From Candidatus Woesebacteria bacterium (GTDB lineage Bacteria; Patescibacteriota; Microgenomatia; UBA1400; UBA1396), in the NCBI GenBank assembly GCA_963749595.1, contig CAVVNJ010000003.1, positions 25,532 to 89,531 on the forward strand: DNA of 64,000 nt. The letters are read 5' to 3'. Positions 45,559 through 57,834 of this stretch are shown here, piece by piece (position 1 is the first letter of the stretch; every line of letters begins with the position of its first letter). A program made the position numbers and the translations under genes. The notes under the pieces are model-generated. The model was not told the DNA's origin and made no database searches. It saw only the letters and a program-made list of their open reading frames with translations.

Positions 45559-46116
45559 ATGTCTGGTCATAGTAAGTGGTCCAACATTAAGAACCGTAAA
45601 GGGGCCCAAGACGCCAAGCGGGCTAAGGACTTTTTTCAGATTGCCAAGCAGATTCGTGTGGCAGTGAAGACGTCGCATAACGGCGACCAGGATACTAATG
45701 CCGCACTTCGTTTGGCGGTCGAGAAATCGCATGAAGTCGGAATGCCCAAGGAAACGGTTCAACGAGCCATCAACCGCGCGCTGGGCCAGGGCGAACATGG
45801 CGAAGCGGTGCAGGAGCTGATTTACGAGGGCTACGGGCCGCAGGGAGCCGGTTTTTTGGTCGTGGCGGTAACCGACAACGTCCAGCGCACGGCCGCAACT
45901 TTAAGATTTTTATTTTCCCGACATGGCGGTTCGCTGGGCGGCCCCGGCTCAGCGATGTTTCTTTTCCGGCGGGAAGGGGACGAGTTTATAACCACCGCCC
46001 CAATAACCTTGTCAGGTGAGCTGGCGGCAGAAGTGTCCGAACTCTATGACGCTTTGCAAGCGGAGGAAGACGTTGAGGAGGTATACACGAACGCTGATTG
46101 GGAAGGAAAAGAGTAA
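45559..46116 (+). CDS. yebC: YebC/PmpR-family transcriptional regulator (short form)
   Basis: MSGHSKWSNIKNRKGAQDAKRAK and YEGYGPQGAGFLVVAVTDN. Confidence 0.85.
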   Translation: MSGHSKWSNIKNRKGAQDAKRAKDFFQIAKQIRVAVKTSHNGDQDTNAALRLAVEKSHEVGMPKETVQRAINRALGQGEHGEAVQELIYEGYGPQGAGFLVVAVTDNVQRTAATLRFLFSRHGGSLGGPGSAMFLFRREGDEFITTAPITLSGELAAEVSELYDALQAEEDVEEVYTNADWEGKE

Positions 46117-46883
46117 TGCGCCGCCGTCAAAAATTCGTTCTGGCTTCCCTGATGTTGTCGGTCAGCTTTGTGGCCGTGCAGTACATTCCCTTGGACTGGC
46201 GCCCACTGGGGTTGCTGGTTTTCGCCTTGCTGGCCTATCTGCTGGCAGCTTGGTCCATGTTTGACAATCTAGATGGGATCGAGTGGCTAACGGTGGTGCC
46301 TTTGCCCGCACTCTACGCTTTATCAGTTTCCGGTTTTTATTTTTTACTGCCGGCGAGCTGGCTGGCGCGGGCGGTGATTATGGGGTTGTTTGGTTTGGGA
46401 ATGTACGCTCTATTTTTGGCCGGAAATATTTTCACGGTCGCTAAGTTTCGTACTATTCAGCTGCTACGAGCTGCTCAGGCCGTGCTGTTTTTCTTTTCCC
46501 TGATCGCGGCGTTATTGGTTTATAACACCGTATTCTCGTTGGGACTCTGGTTCCTCTGGAATGGTTTACTAGTGGGTTTGGCCACCACTTTGTTGTGCTT
46601 TTCCTTCTTTTGGTCGGTCCGACTTGAGGCGCGGTTGAGTAGAGAAGTCTGGTCCTTAACTTTCCGTACGGGGATAATCATTGGTTTTATGGCGATGGTG
46701 CTTTCTTTTTTCCCCTCATCGCTCTGGCCGACTTCGCTATTAATGATGACGGCAATGTATGTTTTGCTCGGGCTGGGGCAGTCGGCCTTGGAACAGCGTT
46801 TATTTACCAATACTGTTCGCGAATATCTGGCGGTACTGATTGGTGTCTCGGTGATGTACTTGTTCCTGTTGCCCTGGAAATAG
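46116..46883 (+). CDS. Polytopic membrane protein, unknown function
   Basis: At least seven hydrophobic helices. TAATG overlap with the yebC stop. Confidence 0.65.
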   Translation: MRRRQKFVLASLMLSVSFVAVQYIPLDWRPLGLLVFALLAYLLAAWSMFDNLDGIEWLTVVPLPALYALSVSGFYFLLPASWLARAVIMGLFGLGMYALFLAGNIFTVAKFRTIQLLRAAQAVLFFFSLIAALLVYNTVFSLGLWFLWNGLLVGLATTLLCFSFFWSVRLEARLSREVWSLTFRTGIIIGFMAMVLSFFPSSLWPTSLLMMTAMYVLLGLGQSALEQRLFTNTVREYLAVLIGVSVMYLFLLPWK

Positions 46884-47026
46884 CCTGGCCACCAGGCAGA
46901 GCCGGGCAGGGGAGTTAGGGGTTGGTAAGCGGAAAGTCGCTCAAGTAATGTAGTTTAGATCCTATAACAATAGAATACGTTTTATTTTCACGCGTGAAAA
47001 AGAGGAGTAACGAAACTTCAAACCAA

Positions 47027-47035
47027 TGTGGATAA
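47027..47035 (-). promoter_or_regulatory. Perfect DnaA-box 9-mer (TTATCCACA on the minus strand)
   Basis: tgtggataa at 47027-47035. Confidence 0.3.
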
Positions 47036-47335
47036 CTTTGCTGATGACCTTTGATATAGTTAGACAGTGGTTGCTAGTCTCTGCCAGGTGAAGCCAGATG
47101 CAAGAATAAATCACGGCCAGTTGGGTGGTAAGGCGGAGAAAACCCGAATACGCACCCTGGAGCCATTGGCAGAGGATCACTGAAGTGCTGAGGAAAGGGT
47201 CAAATTAATGTGCCCAATATCTGAGGGAAGCGATGATGTTAGGGGAAATAACGACCGTCTAGGATCGTAATTTCGGTCGGCTCTGCCCTTTGATGATGTC
47301 ATGTTAGTTCGTTGGTGGGTACAAAATGTGATCCT

Positions 47336-47363
47336 AAGTCGCAAAATGTATATTGTGCGACAT
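47336..47363. other. dif-like recombinase site: 11-bp arm, 6-bp spacer, 11-bp inverted arm
   Basis: AAGTCGCAAAA-TGTATA-TTGTGCGACAT. The arms match each other at 9 of 11 positions. It has the same 11-6-11 layout and the same central TGTATA as E. coli dif (GGTGCGCATAA TGTATA TTATGTTAAAT, quoted from memory). It lies ~820 bp upstream of a Xer-type recombinase gene. Confidence 0.5.
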
Positions 47364-47738
47364 AATAACGATCGGTCGGGTGAGGGGTAAGACGATCGGT
47401 TTTGGCTTCTCCCAAATTGCGTTGAAGTGTTCACCCACCGCTATTGATCGGTAATCTAACCCTCCACTTCCCGACCCCGGAAAAATTTCTTCAATTTTGT
47501 TCAACTGGAGAAAAACCCGAATAATTGATCCGAATTGAGGCGGATTGATAATTTAGAAAGCAGAAAGATAAGGCTATAGTTGTCGCCTTTTGCTGAGAAA
47601 AGCCGTTTTTGGGCTTCACAGCGGGTCAATATCTGGTAGCGACTGTTCTTTTCCCAGGTAAGCACGCGTTGGTCGTAAAAATGATATTCGTACGTTCTGG
47701 AATTTGATCCAGAAAGAAAAACATCCCTCCCATTTTCA

Positions 47739-47758
47739 TGTACTAGTGTACTAGTACA
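47739..47758. promoter_or_regulatory. Second copy (19/20) of the 20-bp palindrome TGTACTAGT(G)TACTAGTACA with conserved flanks
   Basis: 47734-47770 (tttcatgtactagtgtactagtacatagaaaaagatg) is near-identical to 29281-29317 (ttccatgtactagtatactagtacaagaaaaagtatg), including the ATG. Confidence 0.6.
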
Positions 47759-48006
47759 TAGAAAAAGATGAAGCTCCTGAAGATCGTTAGTCGACTTTAT
47801 GGGCGGGTAATATATTCCCGCTGACGCTTTGTACACCGTCAGAATATTGGTGACTGTGTACATAGTGCTGGGGAGATACTGGTAACTCTCAGTAGTCGAG
47901 TTTCTTTGTGAGAATACCTATTACTAGCCTTGGACCCAAAGAGTCCCCAAGATTGAGCTCTTATTGCCGAGCTGACCAAGACGTTATTTTTTTCGTCTAA
48001 TCCCCT

Positions 48007-48060
48007 ATGTCGCACAAGAAAAACTAAGCACTTGACAGCTCTACCCTAAATGTCGCACAA
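48007..48060 (+). repeat. Two direct copies of the dif-like arm ATGTCGCACAA (third degenerate copy at 48169-48179)
   Basis: atgtcgcacaa lies at 48007-48017 and 48050-48060. Both are the exact reverse complement of the right arm of the 47336-47363 site, giving 12-bp inverted repeats ~640-690 bp apart. Confidence 0.6.
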
Positions 48061-48069
48061 TGACGACAG

Positions 48070-48078
48070 TTATCCACA
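48070..48078 (+). promoter_or_regulatory. Perfect DnaA-box 9-mer TTATCCACA
   Basis: ttatccaca at 48070-48078. Confidence 0.3.
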
Positions 48079-48185
48079 CTCCCCTCGCCCCATTTGTTTA
48101 GGCTGGGGGAGTGAGATGACGCTAGTGGTAGTGCCCCTACCCCATTTCTGGCACTAGATTTTGTGGTTGACTCGCACAAAAAGTA

Positions 48186-49190
48186 TTGATAGATCCGCAA
48201 AATCGCCTAAATTCCCCCGCTAGCACTCCAAAGCCTATGCCTGCTAATCTGACTGGTCAAAACCTACGTTCTCAAATTAAAGAATATCTTGAACACATCG
48301 AGGTCGAACGCAACCTCTCGCCCCTGACGGTACGTGACTATTCACTCTATCTCGATCGTTTTGCGACATGGGCCTCGGTCTACGGCATCATGAGCATTAC
48401 CCAATTGGATCTCTATGGGGTTAAAAAATATCGTCTGCATTTAGCCAGGATAAAAAACCATAAGGATCAACCTATTTCGGCTCGTACTCAGGGCTATTAC
48501 ATTATTGCTCTCCGTTCATTTTTGAAGTGGCTGATCAAAATGGACGTGACCGTTTTGCCGCCGGAAAAGATTGACTTGCCAAAGATAGATCCAGGGGCAA
48601 TGCATTTTTTGTCGCCGGAGCAGATGAATCGCTTATTATCTCAACCCGATATTCATTCCATCCAGGGATTACGCGATCGGGCACTGTTGGAAGTTTTATT
48701 TTCCACTGGACTAAGGGTCTCGGAATTAGTTTCGCTGGATCGCGACCAGGTGAATTTGGAACGACGAGAATTTGGCGTGCTGGGCAAAGGTCGCAAGGTA
48801 CGGGTGGTTTTTTTAAGCACTGACGCGGCGGATTGGCTGGAGCGATATATAGAACGCCGTACCGACCCTTGGACGCCGGTTTTTATTCGTCACGCCAAGG
48901 GAATTGATCCCAGTGAAGACGGCGAGAAAATGCGTCTTTCTACCCGCTCCGTGCAGAGAATCGTGGAGACCTATCGAAAAAAAGCTACTATACCAGTTAA
49001 AATTACGCCACATGGCATTCGCCATACTTTTGCCACCGACTTGTTGCGCAATGGTGCCGGCCTGCGTGACGTTCAAGAACTTTTGGGCCACAAAAACTTA
49101 GCGACGACGCAAATTTATACCCATGTGACTAAGCCGGAGTTGCGCCGCGTCCACGAGAAATACCATTCGCACTCTGATAAAGATCAATGA
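48186..49190 (+). CDS. xerC: Tyrosine site-specific recombinase, XerC/XerD family
   Basis: N-terminal SAM-like domain (EYLEHIEVERNLSPLTVRDYSLYLDRF). The catalytic residues lie in RALLEVLFSTGLRVSEL and HGIRHTFATDLLRNGAGLRDVQELLGHKNLATTQIYTHV. The start is TTG at 48186 or ATG at 48237. Confidence 0.9.
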   Translation: MIDPQNRLNSPASTPKPMPANLTGQNLRSQIKEYLEHIEVERNLSPLTVRDYSLYLDRFATWASVYGIMSITQLDLYGVKKYRLHLARIKNHKDQPISARTQGYYIIALRSFLKWLIKMDVTVLPPEKIDLPKIDPGAMHFLSPEQMNRLLSQPDIHSIQGLRDRALLEVLFSTGLRVSELVSLDRDQVNLERREFGVLGKGRKVRVVFLSTDAADWLERYIERRTDPWTPVFIRHAKGIDPSEDGEKMRLSTRSVQRIVETYRKKATIPVKITPHGIRHTFATDLLRNGAGLRDVQELLGHKNLATTQIYTHVTKPELRRVHEKYHSHSDKDQ

Positions 49191-49208
49191 GGTCGCCGCG
49201 ATACCTGA

Positions 49209-49646
49209 CTAGCGGTGGTCCTGGCCATTACCGGAAAATTTAGGACGCTGGCGGGCTGAGCGGGCCACAATTTGCCCTTTTTCCCAATAGAGCAGCTGAC
49301 CGGCATCGGCGGCTTTAACATCCGCATGTTTGGTATTGGGATTGATCGTAACCAGAGCATTATTAATCGGTCGAACGAAACCAATGATCTGCCCTTCAAT
49401 CAGGTGGTCATGCTCGTCAACCGAAACAATGTAATTTGAAGGTAGGATTTCTCCCCGGAAGATTACTTTTTCACCGTCGAGTCGATCAATATCCGCTCGG
49501 TCTAATGGCGCGATCGCCGCCAAGATCTGGCTTTCCGGTCGGAGTACGGAAGCACTGATCTCGGCCTCAGGTTGACGAGGGGGGCGAACGAAATGTTTTT
49601 TTTGCGCCGCGTGGTGATGTCGTTCTTTGCTCGGTTTTTTTCCCAT
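49209..49646 (-). CDS. Hypothetical protein with basic N-terminus
   Basis: 145-aa ORF starting MGKKPSKERHHHAAQKKHFVRPPRQ. No recognisable domain. Confidence 0.5.
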   Translation of the reverse strand: MGKKPSKERHHHAAQKKHFVRPPRQPEAEISASVLRPESQILAAIAPLDRADIDRLDGEKVIFRGEILPSNYIVSVDEHDHLIEGQIIGFVRPINNALVTINPNTKHADVKAADAGQLLYWEKGQIVARSARQRPKFSGNGQDHR

Positions 49647-49668
49647 TCGGGTAATTATAACGGAAATT

Positions 49669-50127
49669 TCAGCGGTGGGTCGGGGAACTTCGCTTGGTTT
49701 GGGCTAGTATGTCAAGGTAGGTCACCCGATCATGGATTTTTTTAACTGATAATTTACTGTCGTAAATCATTTGATGTAAGTCATTCATGCCATGCAAGTT
49801 GTCACCGAACCGACGGGTTGAATGCACGGAGGCATAAAACCCGGTTATTCCCACATAATGTTTGCTAATCGCGCGGCAAAGGTGGGCATAAGGCTCGATG
49901 GTTTCAATCGATGAGGCCGAGTTAAGTATTCGGGAAGCTCGGTGCCACCAGGATAAAATCGCGTCAATTTTGGCTTGTTTATCCTTGAGTTGAGCGAGTT
50001 TTCCGCTCGGGCCCCAGAGATCGTTTAGCTCAATAATCAGTGAAGCAACTTCTTTTTCCAAAGCCGTAGGTTCCTTGGAAAAGAGCTTGTCGCTCTGTTC
50101 AGTGAGAAAAGACCGCAGCCGCTGCAT
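49669..50127 (-). CDS. Hypothetical helical protein, paralog of the 50178-50585 product
   Basis: The shared blocks are LIIELNDLWG..ILSWWHRASRIL versus LIKELNEM..LVDWWSRASKVL. Confidence 0.55.
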   Translation of the reverse strand: MQRLRSFLTEQSDKLFSKEPTALEKEVASLIIELNDLWGPSGKLAQLKDKQAKIDAILSWWHRASRILNSASSIETIEPYAHLCRAISKHYVGITGFYASVHSTRRFGDNLHGMNDLHQMIYDSKLSVKKIHDRVTYLDILAQTKRSSPTHR

Positions 50128-50177
50128 AGGGCCTCCTTAGATGGATCCTAGCATATCGGCAACGATATTATCAGAAA

Positions 50178-50577
50178 TTAGGACTCTTCGGGCTCGGGTT
50201 TGACGAATTTGTGTAATAAACCCTGAATTGATTCCCGACCTCGGCCTTTGGAAAGCATAATTTCCAGTTTTTGGGCCAATTCTCGCTCAGCGTCAGTCCC
50301 CTTGTCTTTATGATGCATGATGTAATAGCTAGAATATTTTGAGATGCGGTCAAAGTTGGCAGCGATGGCGTCGCGTAATTTGCTTTTATGAAATGGATTA
50401 TCCAAGTCTTCTTTAGCCAACACCTTGGAGGCTCGGGACCACCAATCTACCAAGTACTCGGCAGCCATGGGCATCTCGTTCAGCTCTTTGATCAATCGAG
50501 TGGTAGGACTCGAAAAAACCTCTTTCGCTCGATCAATTAAGCCATTTTTTTCGCCCATAGTTGACTCCTTTAGGGAA

Positions 50578-50585
<8 letters not shown>
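50178..50585 (-). CDS. Hypothetical helical protein, paralog of the 49669-50127 product
   Basis: See 49669-50127. Its start overlaps the gyrA stop region. Confidence 0.55.
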
Positions 50586-53374
<2,789 letters not shown>

Positions 53375-53394
53375 AGGCTATAGCCAGAGCAAAG

Positions 53395-53884
53395 TTACTC
53401 CTGACCCTCCTCGAGAACCTTTAGGGCCTCATCATAGCCGAGGAAGTTATTGATTTTGACCCACTTGCCGGGTTCCAGTTCTTTGTAGTGCTCAAAGAAG
53501 TGTTTCATCCGCTGGAGCAAGTGCTTGGGGTACGTCCTCTAAGGTCTGCCAGGCGCCGCAAACAAAGTCGACTTTCTGCAGCGGGACGGCCAAAAGTTTG
53601 TGGTCAATCCCCTCCTCGTCTTCCATCTCCAGCATGCCGATCAGGCGGCACTTAATGTAGGTGTTGGGCGCGAGCGGAACGGAAGTGAAGACTAGGGCAT
53701 CGAGCGCATCGCCGTCTTTGCCTTTGGTGCGTTCGATTAGGCCATAGTTGGCGGGATAGCTCATCATGGTGGGCATCATGCGGTCAACGACGAGGTTCCC
53801 GGATTCTTCATCGATTTCGTACTTGATGTTGGCGCCTTCCGGGATTTCGATGTGGACGAGTAGTTTTTGGGGGTCGATAGACAT
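53395..53884 (-). CDS. ppa: Inorganic pyrophosphatase (family I), one frameshift near 53515
   Basis: MSIDPQKLLVHIEIPEGANIKYEIDEESG, YPANYGLIERTKGKDGDALDALV, and then in another frame KHFFEHYKELEPGKWVKINNFLGYDEALKVLEEGQE*. Confidence 0.85.
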
Positions 53885-53900
53885 GTTTTTTCCTTTCTTT

Positions 53901-55070
53901 TTAGCCGACGGCCTGGCCATCTGAAGACTTGTTATTTTCGACATTAAGGTTTGTTTTGTCAGCACGGTTGGTGACGACACTCTCCAGAGGTTCGACATAT
54001 GGTGGCAAAGGCCGCAGAGGCAAGCTTTTATTTTGGGGATTTGAAACAGAGGTTGGGATGGCGAGCGGCTTAGCGGATTTTGTTGCAGCGGTTTGAGATT
54101 CGGAAAAATGGAATGGGAGGGGCTGGGTTAGGCCGAGGCGGAGCGCGAGGGCCAAGAGAACTAGAGTGCTATCAATAAGAACGTTTTGTTCCAAACTAGA
54201 ACCCTGAACGGTCGAGGGTGGTTTAAGACCCATTCTTCTGGCCAACGAGGTGAGTTGCGCCGCATTTCGGTTCTCTTGTAAAGCTTTAAACCAGCGAGAA
54301 GCTTCTCCTTGTGAAGAAAACATTTCGGTATAGAAAAGATAAGGATCTACAAAATCGTCTGAATCATCGGTTTGGTTGGCTTTGGCCTGATAGCAGAGCT
54401 CGAGTAGTCCAAGGTCAACGCCTCTTTGCTGGATGATCATGAAATAAGATTGGCGCGAATCGACTTTAGCGTAACCGGTAGTTTTAGCTATATCTTCTAA
54501 TTCTTCCGCTGACGCTTTATCACCAATGGCGGTTTTTCTTTTCAATCTGCCAATATGCTGAATTTCTTCAACAAGTTCCTCAAGCCGTGCTTTTGCTTTT
54601 TCATCACCTTTTTGAGCGGTCGGAAGTAGCTGAACATACTCCTGTCTTTGCCGGTCTTCAACATGGCCAGCGCCGACAGGTAGGCTAAGATTGCGGATTT
54701 CGTTGATTGTAGTATTGATCGCGTTGGCAACGGTTCGGTTGTTTGGGCTATTAAATTCAACAATGATTGTTTGAATATCCGTATTGATTAATCCCGCTAG
54801 AGTGTCTGGGTCTTCAGAGCGGTTGGTGAGATGATCAATAAAAGGAATTCCTTTTTCTTCCATGACTTGGTCGAGAGTCATTCGATCAGCTTCCATTGCC
54901 TGGTCCCAGGAGCGGGTAGCTGGATCAAGTTCGACAATCTCTTTTTGCTCCAAGTCAGTCGGAACTTTTTCTTGGACATCTTGAGGTGCAGAAACGATTT
55001 CTTCCACTTCACTTTTAGGAACACGTTCGAATATTTTTTTTATTGCCTCGGTTGGTCGGAATCTTGCCAT
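53901..55070 (-). CDS. Hypothetical protein (389 aa) inserted between gyrB and ppa-gyrA
   Basis: Long intact ORF in a lower-GC stretch with no recognisable motif. Confidence 0.55.
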   Translation of the reverse strand: MARFRPTEAIKKIFERVPKSEVEEIVSAPQDVQEKVPTDLEQKEIVELDPATRSWDQAMEADRMTLDQVMEEKGIPFIDHLTNRSEDPDTLAGLINTDIQTIIVEFNSPNNRTVANAINTTINEIRNLSLPVGAGHVEDRQRQEYVQLLPTAQKGDEKAKARLEELVEEIQHIGRLKRKTAIGDKASAEELEDIAKTTGYAKVDSRQSYFMIIQQRGVDLGLLELCYQAKANQTDDSDDFVDPYLFYTEMFSSQGEASRWFKALQENRNAAQLTSLARRMGLKPPSTVQGSSLEQNVLIDSTLVLLALALRLGLTQPLPFHFSESQTAATKSAKPLAIPTSVSNPQNKSLPLRPLPPYVEPLESVVTNRADKTNLNVENNKSSDGQAVG

Positions 55071-55078
55071 AATTTTCC

Positions 55079-57127
<2,049 letters not shown>

Positions 57128-57140
57128 CTACGTTGTCGGT

Positions 57141-57779
57141 TTTTCACGAATGGCTTCACGAGTTTGGGATCTATACCCTCCCAGTGTTTTGCCTCCTAAA
57201 TTACCCCCGAAAGTGACCCCAGATAGGTTAGTTTTAGGAGCAGTTTGTGGTTACTCTAGGGACTTTTGGGCAGATGGGGTCTACCAGCGGTCCATCTGTG
57301 GCCATGGCGGGCAAATAAGGGTCAAGAATGGGCGAGTGGATCCGCCGATAAACTGCTATCGGTTAGTATTGGGTAAGAATCGAAGTGTATAAACAGACTC
57401 ATGGCTGATACTCGAGTTCGATTAACCTTAGGACCAACTACTTACCGATTATTGAAAGATCGAGCCAAGTTATTAGAATTAACCGTACCTAATTTTATTC
57501 GTTATTTGATTTATCAGGAGCTTGGCCAAGCTGGAGCGCTACCTAAATCGACACCGGCTAGAAAAGAGCATGCCGATAGTATCTTTGGTTTTTAACTAGT
57601 CGATCGGTCCCCAAATTACCCTCTGTTTGCCCGGATGGACTGAAACTAACCCAGTAATGGACCCCTATTGCCCGCAAGGTCTGAATTAGGGCATGTTTAG
57701 GGTCACCCTTGGGAGCAATTTGAGGTCTCCCTAGGGGACAGTTTGGGAGGCAAAAGTGCGGGGAGATATAGATCCCAAC
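57141..57779. repeat. ~0.64-kb element bounded by ~35-bp terminal inverted repeats and carrying an RHH gene; related to the 10568-10976 element
   Basis: The left repeat 57162-57196 is gtttgggatctataccctcccagtgttttgcctcc. The reverse complement of the right repeat 57746-57779 is gttgggatctatatctccccgcacttttgcctcc. The 43-nt left flank is shared with 10568-10610, and there are internal TCCCYAAATTACC and GGTC-NN-CCC words. Confidence 0.65.
57401..57595 (+). CDS. Ribbon-helix-helix (CopG/Arc/MetJ-like) DNA-binding protein
   Basis: TRVRLTLGPTTYRLLKDRAKLLELTVPNFIRYLIYQEL follows the strand-helix-helix pattern. It is 64 aa, with no SD and TATAAA 7 nt upstream of the ATG. Confidence 0.6.
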   Translation: MADTRVRLTLGPTTYRLLKDRAKLLELTVPNFIRYLIYQELGQAGALPKSTPARKEHADSIFGF

Positions 57780-57834
57780 GCTTTCTTTCAGAGCGCGGAA
57801 GCGAGACCAACTACTCTGTAATATACTGAAGCCA

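Noticed and set aside
47187-47200. tgaGGAAAGGGTC, resembling the RNase P RNA P4 motif GAGGAAAGUCC
   Set aside because: The match is imperfect. None of the other universally conserved RNase P blocks (GGUAACGCC, ACAGAA.CCGGCUUA) are present in either orientation nearby.
47501-47863. 120-aa minus-strand ORF in the gene-free gap
   Set aside because: It reads straight through the 20-bp palindrome. It has no SD, and its sequence is low-complexity (FLLSKLSIRLNSDQLFGFFSS). It was kept only as a remote possibility.
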